Below, piece after piece: positions 32,019 to 41,759 of a stretch of 64,000 bases of DNA. The stretch covers positions 1,922,445 to 1,986,444 of the forward strand of contig OZ252239.1 in the NCBI GenBank assembly GCA_965249485.1, in the 5' to 3' direction. The stretch comes from a bacterium. GTDB lineage: Bacteria; SM23-31. The notes under the pieces are model-generated. The model saw nothing but the letters and a program-made list of their open reading frames with translations. It was not told where the DNA came from and did no database searches. How positions within the stretch are numbered: position 1 is the stretch's first letter; the number at the start of each line of letters is the position of its first letter. The position numbers were made by a program, and so were the translations under genes.

Positions 32019-33599
32019 TCAAACTGAAGGATTGGGAAACATTGAACGGAGAATAAACGGATTTTCACCATCCAGTCCACGTATACGCTGACTGATTGCG
32101 GAAAATAGATTTTTTTGTGTACGGTATGTTGTTACATTCTTATGCAGTGGTTTTTTGCGGAGTGTCTCGTTTAAGGGTACAAATGTGTCGACGAATTCCT
32201 GAAGTGTGTGTGATATTTCCGCTTCTTTATGCCAGACCCAGGCTGCATGTATTGCAGCACCCAGCGCTGCTCCTTCTCCTGAAACGGGAAGTACTTCTGT
32301 TTCGAATACGTCAGCAATCGTCTGACACCAAACTTCAGATTGTGAAAGTCCGCCGGTAAGACGGATTTCCGTCGGTGTAACCGGCAACCGTGTGAATCCA
32401 TCGTATAAATTAAGAACATGCCCTTCGAGAACTGCCCGGCATAGGATTTCACGGGTAAACTCGTTCAAACCAAATCCGAAAAACAGGGGAGATGCCTGCG
32501 GTAGATCGGGTGTTCTTTCTCCGGTAAACCACGGTATCAGTATTCTGCCGCCATTGCCGGCCTTTGTCTGATGGAAAATGTCCATGAACTGTTCATGTGT
32601 CAGATCATATTTTTCCATTATTGCATTATACCCATTTGCCAGATTTGAAACGCAGAGGAGGGGAAGATAGTGTCCTGTACTATCGCAGAATGCTGCAATT
32701 TCACCCGAGGCGTCCACAAATGGTTCTGCCATAAAAGCGTATGCAGTTCCGCTAGTTCCGAGGCTGATTGTAACAATGCCCGGACTGATATTCCCGGTGC
32801 CGACCGCACCATACATATTATCCCCGCTTCCGGCATCGATTGTACATTCAGGTGAGAATCCATACTGGTCCACCAGGTGGTGTGATATTGTTCCGATGCT
32901 CTTGTCCGATGGCATAACCGGAGGAAGTTTATCCTGCAATCCGGTATCAACCGCATCGATGACTTTTTTCGACCACTGCCCGGTTGCTGGATTCCACAGA
33001 GCCATGCCGGACGTATCGCCCGGTTCCATTACCCGCACCCCGCCATCCTTTGCCCCGGTCAGGTTCCAGTTGATATAGTTATGAACGAGAAAAAGTGTAG
33101 TTGTCCTAGTGTAGATTTCATACTCATGCCGGACCATATGAAATATTTTAGAAGCAGTATAACCGGTCCGCTGGGCATTGCCGATTTCCTGTATCATGGA
33201 TTCCGGGCCACCTACTTTTTCAGTGAGCAGTTCACATTCTTCCTGTGTAGAAAAATCGTTCCAAAGTTTACTTCTTGAGCGAGTCAGGTTGCCGTGTACA
33301 TCCAATCCAACTAAGCCATGCTGCTGACCTGAAACCGAAATACTCTTTATCTCAACCTGAGAGATTTCTGATTCTGCCAGCTTTTTGAATATTGTATTAA
33401 CAGCCTCGAGCCACATTTCTGGATTTGATTCTGACACACCTTCCGGCAATCCGGTTTCTACACCATCTATTGTTCTGTAGTGTTGTAAATCCCGGTCGTA
33501 AATTACGGTGTCGGTATATACAGCTTCACAAGACTCGTGGTCGATGATGACAAGTTTGCAGCTTTGTGTCGATACATCTAATCCGGCAAATAGTTTCAT
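32019..33599 (-). CDS. FGGY-family sugar kinase (xylulokinase-like)
   Basis: 526-aa ORF with the FGGY N- and C-domains (LFAGLDVSTQSCKLVI, GGLSQSEVW). Confidence 0.75.
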   Translation of the reverse strand: MKLFAGLDVSTQSCKLVIIDHESCEAVYTDTVIYDRDLQHYRTIDGVETGLPEGVSESNPEMWLEAVNTIFKKLAESEISQVEIKSISVSGQQHGLVGLDVHGNLTRSRSKLWNDFSTQEECELLTEKVGGPESMIQEIGNAQRTGYTASKIFHMVRHEYEIYTRTTTLFLVHNYINWNLTGAKDGGVRVMEPGDTSGMALWNPATGQWSKKVIDAVDTGLQDKLPPVMPSDKSIGTISHHLVDQYGFSPECTIDAGSGDNMYGAVGTGNISPGIVTISLGTSGTAYAFMAEPFVDASGEIAAFCDSTGHYLPLLCVSNLANGYNAIMEKYDLTHEQFMDIFHQTKAGNGGRILIPWFTGERTPDLPQASPLFFGFGLNEFTREILCRAVLEGHVLNLYDGFTRLPVTPTEIRLTGGLSQSEVWCQTIADVFETEVLPVSGEGAALGAAIHAAWVWHKEAEISHTLQEFVDTFVPLNETLRKKPLHKNVTTYRTQKNLFSAISQRIRGLDGENPFILRSMFPNPSV

Positions 33600-33778
33600 T
33601 ATTAAAAAGGGTTTTATGAAAGTAAACAGTTAATATTTGTTTGGTGGCATTCCAAAGATTCAAAATGACCTTTCTGTTTATTGTTCACTACTACGCATCA
33701 AAAATTTATAAAATGTGAGATACTATTCAATATATTAACGTTGTATAAAAAATTGCGATAACGAATAACTGGCCATAA

Positions 33779-34885
33779 TTACCAATTTTCGATGAGAATT
33801 TGTTCCAGTATGCCTCGGTTTTTTTCAGGTGATAGATGACATTCCATAATATCTTCATGCGGCAGTCGAGCGATCCTTTCCCTCAATTTCAACAGCGCCT
33901 GTACATTGATCTCAATTGCCTTATGAACCGGCATATTTTCAGGATTGATATCGATTCCATAATAGCCGTTATAACCGATTGCCCATAGGGAATAGAGGAG
34001 TGCCTCTGCTTCGGGAAAATTGACTAAGCCGATATTATTGTCCTGATCATAGTTGCCGTCAGGCTGACTGTTCCAATGAGTATGTGCAAGACGCCCATCC
34101 ATTGCTATAAGAGAAAATGCTGCCGGAAGCATTTCATAGCTCATTTTCACATGACCGACTTCCGGATTGAGCGTGGCAAGCGCTGTCCCGCTATCGACAA
34201 GTTTCCTGTTTTCCGGATTCTGCAACTTGTGATCGATTCTCTGTGCAGCAAGAATCCCTTCTGCGGTTGTACGGTAGATATTGTTAATTGCAGGTTCATA
34301 TCCTTTAGGCTCTATGGCAACTCGAACACCAGGTACAGCATCCATTGCTTCTGCCATGGCGGATTCAAAGAGGTCCCACATATACATATAGGGTTTGCCA
34401 TGCAAATATCGGTATCCATCCATTCCCGGCCACGAAATTGCCATATCCGCACCCATATCCTGTATGAGCTTTAAACCGCCGATTGCGATTTCAATTGCCT
34501 TGTTACGTGACTCTTTGTTTGGATTAGAAAGGCTGCCGAATTCAAACATTTTGTCAAAGAAATGGGAGAACGGGACGGCGACAAGACGAATTCCAGTTTC
34601 TTTTTCTAATTGCTTATAAAGATGAGCATTATCTTCATTTACTTCTGCAGGATAATGGGCTTCAATACCTGTAACTCCCAGATTAGCCATTCCGGCAGCC
34701 ATGTCGATCTTCTCTTCAATAGTTGCATTGTCAACATACCGCTCATGAAACCTGCCACCTGATGGTGTAAAGTACCAGATTCCAACTGAAATGTTAAATT
34801 TTAATTCTTTTTTCAAATTCTTTAACATTATATCCGGTTCAAGTGCGGATTTTTGATAGCTTAAATCTTTCAATTTATATGCCAT
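33779..34885 (-). CDS. Sugar isomerase with a xylose-isomerase-like TIM barrel (possibly a rhamnose or xylose isomerase type)
   Basis: 368-aa ORF with the AP-endonuclease 2 / xylose-isomerase-like fold. Lies in an operon with the FGGY kinase and the GH3 hydrolase and has its own AGGAGA SD. Confidence 0.55.
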   Translation of the reverse strand: MAYKLKDLSYQKSALEPDIMLKNLKKELKFNISVGIWYFTPSGGRFHERYVDNATIEEKIDMAAGMANLGVTGIEAHYPAEVNEDNAHLYKQLEKETGIRLVAVPFSHFFDKMFEFGSLSNPNKESRNKAIEIAIGGLKLIQDMGADMAISWPGMDGYRYLHGKPYMYMWDLFESAMAEAMDAVPGVRVAIEPKGYEPAINNIYRTTAEGILAAQRIDHKLQNPENRKLVDSGTALATLNPEVGHVKMSYEMLPAAFSLIAMDGRLAHTHWNSQPDGNYDQDNNIGLVNFPEAEALLYSLWAIGYNGYYGIDINPENMPVHKAIEINVQALLKLRERIARLPHEDIMECHLSPEKNRGILEQILIENW

Positions 34886-34900
34886 ATCATCTCTCCTTTT

Positions 34901-35089
34901 TCATCTAAAGAGCTCACTGGATATGTTCGTAGCAAATACCGATGTACCGAGAGCAAACCACTTTGTTATATACCCCGCTAAGAAATACTGGTGCGAGTCT
35001 CGCTTCTGCCGCGCGAAATAAAATCCTTTATAAAAAACTATGGCAAAATAAACTGCAATTATTATCCAATCGGTATAGAATAGCTCCAT
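34901..35089 (-). pseudogene. N-terminal remnant of a sodium:solute symporter (SSS family); only 62 codons remain
   Basis: The sequence YFLAGYITKWFALGTSVFATNISSELF matches the conserved first TM region of SSS transporters. The ORF ends at a TGA 13 nt before the isomerase gene, and the remaining ~450 codons are absent. Confidence 0.55.
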
Positions 35090-35211
35090 AATATTACACT
35101 TACATATGTATTATGAATCCTGTACCCGTTTCTACAGCAATACGTATTAGCCGGATGTCAGTTTTCTATGGTAATGATATTTAAGTAGAGGTTATTGAAA
35201 TATTTGAATTT

Positions 35212-37479
35212 TTACTCTAATACTAATTCAGCTGAAAGTCTAATATCTTGTGATGAACTTCCGAGCATAATCTCAAATGCTCCCGGTTCGACAATCCAGT
35301 TCTGTGTAGCAGAATCATAGAATGCGAATGCATCTTTTTCGAGGTGAAATTGTACTGTTTTTGTTTCACCGGAACTCAGAGTTATGCGATGAAACCGTTT
35401 CAACTCTTTAAGCGGTCGGACAATTGATGCATACTCGTCCTTGATATATAACTGCACAACTTCGTCACCCGTTCTTGTTCCGGTATTAGTTACATCGACA
35501 CGAACTGATGCAGTTGAAGATGAAGTCGATTCCACAGAAAGATTTGCATATTTAAATGTTGTATAGCTTAAACCGTGGCCAAAAGGATAAAGAGGTTCGG
35601 CTTTCGATTGAAAATATCGGCCGGGACGTCCCGGTGGTATGATATTGTAGTAAACTGGTATCTGCCCGACGTTTTTTGGTATGGTAACCGGAAGTTTACC
35701 ACCCGGATTTATTTCACCAAAGAGAGCTTCTGCAACGGCAGTACCCGTTTCCTGACCCAAATACCACCCGTCAAGTATTGCCGGAATGTGCTCAGCAATC
35801 CACTCGATGGCAAGCGGCCGGCCGTGCAAAAGAAAAACAACAACCGGCGTTCCTGTTGCATAGACCGCTTCGACTAACTCCTGCTGTTTACCCACAAGTC
35901 CCAAATCATCACGGTCTTCATTTTCCTTTGTTGTCAACTCGTTTCCGCCGATGACAACGATAGCCACATCGGACTGTTTAGCGATTGCGACCGCTTCATC
36001 AATGTTCTCTTTTTCCAGATCGACAAGGCTTGCTCCCTCAGCATACAACAATTCAACATCGTCGTCGAGATAGTGCTCTAGACCTTCGCGAACCGTTATA
36101 TAATATCTGGCTTGCGGTGTTGAATATCCTCCCAGAACTTCAATATCGGCATTTGGCCCAATGAGTGCTATTTTATTTAAATCCTCTTTGTTGAGAGGCA
36201 GAAGATCGTCTTCGTTTTTGAGGAGCACTATTGACTTCCGGGCGACCGCAACAGCCATTTCATTGTGCGATTCATCATTGAGAATTTCTTCGTAGTTATC
36301 CCTTACATTTGCAAGACGGTCGAGCCTGTTGAAATAGTCGTTATCCGGATCATCTCCCCGTATCGATTCCGCATAACTGACGGCCTCATAATCCTCCGGC
36401 CCTTTGTCCTGTGACAATTGATAATCCTGCCAAACATGTACCTCTTCACCCGAATCGAATAATCCGAGTCTAAATTTTGCACGGAGTACATTTTTAACTG
36501 CTGCATCGAGCAGCCCTATAGAAATCGCACCGCTATTTATTCCTTCAAGTAGGGGAGCGCCATATGCTCGCCCTGTATCCCACGGTTGTTCCCATGCTAA
36601 CTCAGTATCAACACCGGCCTCCAGAGAAAGCCGGGCCGCATCCACATTTGTTTCCGCTATTCTCATAAAACGTTTTAGATTGAGAATGTCGTTATTGTCG
36701 CAAACAATCAGACCGTTAAAGCCATATGTTCCTCTAAGGATATCTACGAGAAGGTATTTGTTCGCATGGCAGGGCATACCGTTCAAACTGTGGTGAGCAG
36801 GCATGAAACTCCCTACTCCTGCTTCCTCAACAGCTGCCTTAAAAGGCGGCAGAAAAATCTCATGAAGAAGCCGTTCGGAAACGTCAAATGCGGAAGCATT
36901 CAGACCAGCAATCGGTTCACCATCTGCAACAAAATGTTTTGCAGTTGCGATGATATGATTTTCATCAAACTGCTCATCGCCCGTTCCCTGTAATCCTTTT
37001 ATAAATGCAACACTTATCCGGGAGACAAGATACGGATCTTCTCCATAACTTTCTTCAGTTCTGCCCCAGCGTGGATCACGTACCACTCCAAGCATCGGAG
37101 AGTAGACATGATGAACCCCCAAGGCACGTGCTTCCTTTGCTATGATATGAGCCATACGCTCGATCAGATCAGGTTCCCACGTGCTTCCCAGAGCAATTGC
37201 CTGTGGGAAACTTGTTGCATGCTTAATAGCGACACCATGCAGTGCTTCACCGGCCTGTATATGAGGAATGCCGAGCCTTACATTCCCATTCGGGAAAAAT
37301 GAAGCTAGTTGAATTGCTTTTTCTTCAATAGTCAATCTCGGAAGAAGGTCATTAATCCTCTCATCGATAGAAAAATCGGGATTTTTATAAATAGGATTTT
37401 CTTGTGCAAGACCCTGGGATATACCTGTAAAAACTACTAAAATCAATGTTGTGACATATTTGCTAAGAACATTCTTCAT
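35212..37479 (-). CDS. Glycoside hydrolase family 3 beta-glucosidase, secreted
   Basis: 755-aa ORF with a signal peptide, the GH3 N-domain (KHFVADG), the C-domain and a fibronectin-like domain. Confidence 0.85.
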   Translation of the reverse strand: MKNVLSKYVTTLILVVFTGISQGLAQENPIYKNPDFSIDERINDLLPRLTIEEKAIQLASFFPNGNVRLGIPHIQAGEALHGVAIKHATSFPQAIALGSTWEPDLIERMAHIIAKEARALGVHHVYSPMLGVVRDPRWGRTEESYGEDPYLVSRISVAFIKGLQGTGDEQFDENHIIATAKHFVADGEPIAGLNASAFDVSERLLHEIFLPPFKAAVEEAGVGSFMPAHHSLNGMPCHANKYLLVDILRGTYGFNGLIVCDNNDILNLKRFMRIAETNVDAARLSLEAGVDTELAWEQPWDTGRAYGAPLLEGINSGAISIGLLDAAVKNVLRAKFRLGLFDSGEEVHVWQDYQLSQDKGPEDYEAVSYAESIRGDDPDNDYFNRLDRLANVRDNYEEILNDESHNEMAVAVARKSIVLLKNEDDLLPLNKEDLNKIALIGPNADIEVLGGYSTPQARYYITVREGLEHYLDDDVELLYAEGASLVDLEKENIDEAVAIAKQSDVAIVVIGGNELTTKENEDRDDLGLVGKQQELVEAVYATGTPVVVFLLHGRPLAIEWIAEHIPAILDGWYLGQETGTAVAEALFGEINPGGKLPVTIPKNVGQIPVYYNIIPPGRPGRYFQSKAEPLYPFGHGLSYTTFKYANLSVESTSSSTASVRVDVTNTGTRTGDEVVQLYIKDEYASIVRPLKELKRFHRITLSSGETKTVQFHLEKDAFAFYDSATQNWIVEPGAFEIMLGSSSQDIRLSAELVLE

Positions 37480-37585
37480 TTGACATCTCTCGGTTGTTAT
37501 TTGACATTTATTGCAGGTAATTAAAATTTTTTTATTTTTTTCAGCAGTGGATTGTTACACATTATTTGAAAATGGATTCGTGTAA

Positions 37586-37688
37586 TCACTAATGATAGTG
37601 ATAATTGTTAAATACGACGAAAAGTGTCGGTCAGACATTCGATTACTGATAGTAATCCACGTTTTCATTTGTCACTATATCGATAGTA
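37586..37688. promoter_or_regulatory. Three inverted repeats sharing an ACTA..TAGT core; candidate LacI-family operator sites
   Basis: tcactaATGAtagtga at 37586-37601, attactGATagtaat at 37642-37656 and cactatATCGatagt at 37674-37688, all between the GH3 gene and the regulator gene. Confidence 0.4.
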
Positions 37689-37767
37689 CCCTTTTTTAAA
37701 TATTTAATATTTTCAGCTATCAAATCATAACCAATAATTTTGACATCCTTCTGAGAAAAATGAGAAT

Positions 37768-38553
37768 CTATATAGGCTGCAATAAAGGATGAGTAGAAGC
37801 ATAGGTCACGAATAAACCGTTCGGTTCGTTCTTTTTTCCAAAAAGATTTTTTGCAAATTTACAATTTTCCGATTCGGCGATTTCAAATATTGAAGATTTA
37901 ATTTGTGTTTTTTTGTGCAGATAGTCTAAAAATCCCGTAGCACGGGTATCTATATGATAGTCATGCGGCAGTAATTTTATTACAGCGACATGTCCTTCAT
38001 CACCAAGAAGCAGATGCATTAAGCGAGCAGATAAATATCCACTTTGAAAGGAGTTTTAACCGATAAAAGATAAGTTGTGCGCGTTTGGAACTGTAGAATC
38101 TATAAAGATATAAGGGAGCGTGTCGGGAATATCCTTAACAAATGATTCAAAGTAGTGTAATAATACAGGGGCTATGAGCAGACCATGCAATGTAGTTTGG
38201 AGAAGCTCTTTGCATGCCTTTTTTAGTGACGATTCGGAATATTTGTCATAGTGGAAAAACTTGACAATGACCTTATGCCCGGCGAGTTCATATTGTGCTT
38301 TGTTAATTCCAAGCACAGGGAGTTCCCAATATTTGCTGTCCTGATGCGATAAGGGCAGCAAAACTCCAAAAGTATAGGTTTTTTTGAGTTTGAGATTTCG
38401 CGCATAAATATTTGGTTTAAAATTAATCTCTTTGATGATTTCCTTGATTTTGTCTTCAGTCTTTTTTGCTACACGGCCCCGCTTGTGGATTACACGATCA
38501 ACAGTACCGATAGAGACATGTGCCCGGCGTGCTATTTCTGATATTGTTGTCAT
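37768..38553 (-). pseudogene. LacI-family transcriptional regulator interrupted by an in-frame TAA. The C-terminus also looks short for the family
   Basis: N-terminal HTH (TISEIARRAHVSIGTVDRVI). The 165-aa and 83-aa ORFs are in the same frame and separated only by the TAA at 38056-38058, giving ...SFIG*NSFQSGYLSARLMHLL. Confidence 0.7.
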
Positions 38554-38758
38554 ATGGGGAGATCTGGATGATGTGAATGTTCACGCAATATCGCATTTTC
38601 TTATTTTTATGTCAAGGACTTTTTCAAGATTGGAAAACCGTTCATTTTCCTTCCGGTTTTGGAACCAAATACGAAAAGTGACGTACAACGAATAAGATAT
38701 TATTTTCACAATAAATGGTGGTAGAATGGGTCGCCCTGTAGATGGTAAGGGGGAGTGT

Positions 38759-39349
38759 ATGATTGCAAAAATAAGCATCGTGATAGTGGGGACAGCATTA
38801 CTCTTTTCCTGTTCCTACTATCCGAATAAGTCAGAACGTGCTGGTATTAAAGTCCGCTAGGAAGTAATGACAGAAAACTTCCGTGATGCCCGTGTACTTG
38901 TTGTTCCTGTTCAAGGTGATGGAGTATTTGGAAAGAGCAATGCACATAACCTTGTTCAGCTTATGAATGGACGGAAGTTGTGCCGTGCAGAAGTACACCC
39001 TGAGTTGGTAGTGCTGAGAGTCGGTAATTCTCTCAACAAAGAAAAAATACTCTGGAATTTTGCCCTGAAGTTCAGTAATTATGTACAGGAAAATAACTTT
39101 GATGCAGATTATTATCTCACGTGCGATTACGGTATGAATTCCGATGGTGTTGTCATCAGAAGCGACTATGGTATTAACCGTGAAGCGAACGTGCGAGGCG
39201 TTCATCTGGTATTGTGTGACAGAAACGGAAACTGGGTTATTGTTGAACAGAATAATAATCATCACCGGGCGTTTCAGGACGTAATGCCGCAAACTCCCGC
39301 AGACTGCGACAAACTTGTTGTTGAGCGTCTGCTCAGTTATATGAATTAA
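38759..39349 (+). pseudogene. Lipoprotein of unknown function interrupted by an in-frame TAG
   Basis: Lipobox signal peptide MIAKISIVIVGTALLFSCS. An in-frame TAG at 38858-38860 follows, and the 160-aa body (MTENFRD...) continues in the same frame. Confidence 0.5.
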
Positions 39350-39405
39350 AAGATATATACATTCCAAATTGTTCTGTGTCGTACCGAAAATGAACCTGAT
39401 TCTGA

Positions 39406-39975
39406 ATGATTAAGGTGACGAATATGAATCCACATTTAAAAATAGATTATGCGGATGTTTATAAAAAGACACAGATCGGTTGGCAGTTTCTCGTTGTAGT
39501 CTGGATAATTGTAGCAATAGCTGATAGAGCTGGAATATTGAGTAACATACTTGCCGGCATTCTCGTGTTTGTCCTATTTATATTTGGTAGTCTTACCATT
39601 GCCGTTGACAAAACATTCGTCTGGATGCAGTTTGGAATCGGATTTATAAGAATGAAATTCAAATTGGAAGAAATAGAGTCGTGTTTGACTGTCCAGAATC
39701 CATGGTACTACAGTTTAGGTATTTTTCCGATGATAAATGGATGGTCATTCTCGATACAAAACAACCGGAAGAGCTGTGTATCCATATTCGGAGTAACCTC
39801 TGCTAAGAGAGCAGACGCGATAGAGTTGTTTTTTCCAGTATATGCAATAACTGTGCAACATTCAAGGAGAAGCAAAAGCTGTGCATTCTCGGAGACAAAT
39901 CAGTTGGCTTATATGGGGAATCATAATTGCCCTTTTATATGTTGCCTGGATCAAAGTTATACCTTCTTCAGATAG
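39406..39975 (+). CDS. Small membrane protein, paralog 1 of a tandem pair. Its 3' end runs into paralog 2
   Basis: Two TM helices followed by the conserved block KFKLEEIESCLTVQNPWYYSLGI. The ORF has no stop before it overlaps the next gene. Confidence 0.5.
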   Translation: MIKVTNMNPHLKIDYADVYKKTQIGWQFLVVVWIIVAIADRAGILSNILAGILVFVLFIFGSLTIAVDKTFVWMQFGIGFIRMKFKLEEIESCLTVQNPWYYSLGIFPMINGWSFSIQNNRKSCVSIFGVTSAKRADAIELFFPVYAITVQHSRRSKSCAFSETNQLAYMGNHNCPFICCLDQSYTFFR

Positions 39976-40303
39976 TACTGTCCAAATCATTTTTGGGAGT
40001 GTGCTGCTTTTGTTATCGATGTTCACGAGTATGACTGTTTATTGTGATAATGATACGCTTAAAATCAGATTTTGGACGGGACTGATTTATAAGAAATTTC
40101 TTTTAAAAGATATAACATCGTGCATGGTTGTAAGAAATCGATGGTATTATGGCTGGGGCATCAGAAAAATCCCGGGCGGATGGCTCTTTAATGTGTCAGG
40201 ATTAGATGCGGTTGAGATTCTGATGAAGGACGGTAAAATGTACCGTATCGGAACCGATAAACCAGAGGAATTATACGAATATTTATTGAGCAAACTTGGT
40301 TGA
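39881..40303 (+). CDS. Small membrane protein, paralog 2 of the tandem pair (GTG start)
   Basis: Shares the TM region and the motif KFLLKDITSCMVVRNRWYYGWGI with paralog 1. Confidence 0.55.
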   Translation: MHSRRQISWLIWGIIIALLYVAWIKVIPSSDSTVQIIFGSVLLLLSMFTSMTVYCDNDTLKIRFWTGLIYKKFLLKDITSCMVVRNRWYYGWGIRKIPGGWLFNVSGLDAVEILMKDGKMYRIGTDKPEELYEYLLSKLG

Positions 40304-40370
40304 GTTTCCCTTCTAAACGCCTTCTATTTGAACTAATCAATCTATTATATATTGCTGTAAATGCAGGAAA

Positions 40371-41228
40371 CTACTGCTTGATCATATTCAGAAGTTCGTC
40401 AATTGTTTTTCCTCCGCCCGAGGTGTCAACACCGGCATTGAGGATACCCATTGCCCTTTGAAGCGCTCCGGGATCAACACCATCAAGTACACCGGGTTTT
40501 ACGACGGATTGAGCTTTCTTTCCTGACTGTTGCTGTGTGGCTTGAGATGTCGGTTGTTCTGCTGTAACCGGTCCGATAATATTTTGAAACTGTTCCTGAA
40601 TGCTGCCGATATCGGACATGTCTAAACCACCTGAACCCGATAGTGAACCAAGATCGTCTCCCAATAGTCCCTCCATCATACCGGGGAGTATGAGATTCTC
40701 ACCTGCACCTTTTGAGAGCAACTCACCCAGCGGCATATTATCCATGGGATTCGGTATGAACTTAGCCACAATCGGCTGAACATATTTTTCTGACATTGGA
40801 AGGAATCGAGACCTGTGGCTCTGCTCAAAAATTGAATTCATAACCGGAATCGGCTTTATCATGTTGACAAACATGCCGACTATGAGCATACCAAGACAGA
40901 ATCCGAACACCATACCACCTATGCTGTCGAGCAGTCCTGATGATGGTTCTCTCTGTATAATTTTCAAGATGTTTTTTAGAAATATTTTAGTAACAATCAA
41001 TACAATGATAAAAACAACGAAATAGGAAGCAAAGTACCCGAGGATAGGGTGGAAATCGAATGTTTTTTCGAAAAACCGTGTGCCGTTATCAATTTGGCTC
41101 AATGCCGTCATTAGAGCAATTCCGTAGCTGATTAGTGAAATCAATTCCTTTTTAAGTCCGCGCCAGATTCCTTTAATGGTCATGACAAGAAGGAGAATAA
41201 GGATGATAGTGTCAATTGTTTTAATCAT
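40371..41228 (-). CDS. CvpA-family membrane protein with a long Gly/Ser/Gln-rich C-terminal extension
   Basis: N-terminal 4-TM colicin-V-production domain (IDTIILILLLVMTIKGIWRG), followed by ~110 low-complexity residues. Confidence 0.65.
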   Translation of the reverse strand: MIKTIDTIILILLLVMTIKGIWRGLKKELISLISYGIALMTALSQIDNGTRFFEKTFDFHPILGYFASYFVVFIIVLIVTKIFLKNILKIIQREPSSGLLDSIGGMVFGFCLGMLIVGMFVNMIKPIPVMNSIFEQSHRSRFLPMSEKYVQPIVAKFIPNPMDNMPLGELLSKGAGENLILPGMMEGLLGDDLGSLSGSGGLDMSDIGSIQEQFQNIIGPVTAEQPTSQATQQQSGKKAQSVVKPGVLDGVDPGALQRAMGILNAGVDTSGGGKTIDELLNMIKQ

Positions 41229-41401
41229 ATGTTGATTTGCATAGCCTCAGTAAGTTACATGCAAAAAAATGTATCTATTCAATATGAGCTTGTCAAGAAG
41301 AATTTATAATCATACTTAACGCGATAGTGATACAAAGCAAATGAGAGGATCAATCAAGGATTGCCGGATCTGTCAGATATTTGCTATGGGTTGAGAATCA
41401 A

Positions 41402-41434
41402 ATGTAAAAACCGGGAGTTTGTTCAACATCCCGG
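41402..41434 (-). terminator. Rho-independent terminator downstream of the tRNA-Ser gene
   Basis: On the minus strand, a ccggga/tcccgg stem is followed by T5. Confidence 0.5.
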
Positions 41435-41449
41435 CTTTATAATGTTTTG

Positions 41450-41540
41450 CGGAGAGGGAGGGATTCGAACCCTCGGAGAGGCTATAAACCCCTCACTCGC
41501 TTAGCAGGCGAGCGCCTTCAGCCAGCTCGGCCACCTCTCC
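41450..41540 (-). tRNA. tRNA-Ser (anticodon GCU), class II with a long variable arm
   Basis: Reverse complement gives GGAGAGG-TG-GCC...GGC, anticodon arm CTCGC-CTGCTAA-GCGAG, a GAGGGG/CCTCTC variable stem, the T arm GAGGGTTCGAATCCCTC and acceptor CCTCTCC+G. CCA is not encoded. Confidence 0.85.
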
Positions 41541-41759
41541 TACGCCTGCCAAAACAGAAACAATAAAATTAGAGAAAATATGCAATAAAGTCAAGCGGAT
41601 ATTTGGACTAAATACCGTAATGATTAAACAATTTGAATTGTATTTATTGTGCAAGGGCGACTTCGAAATTATAGATCATTTCATAGTGACTGGTAGTTAC
41701 TTTTTCTACAAAGAACTATAGTATGTGTGGAAGTAAATGGAAAAACCGGGATACTATTT

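Noticed and set aside
38831-39367. A 178-aa ORF on the minus strand, MECIYLLIHITEQ..., overlapping the lipoprotein body.
   Set aside because: The + strand frame has much more protein-like composition. It is in frame with an upstream lipobox signal peptide. The minus ORF has no SD and lies opposite it.
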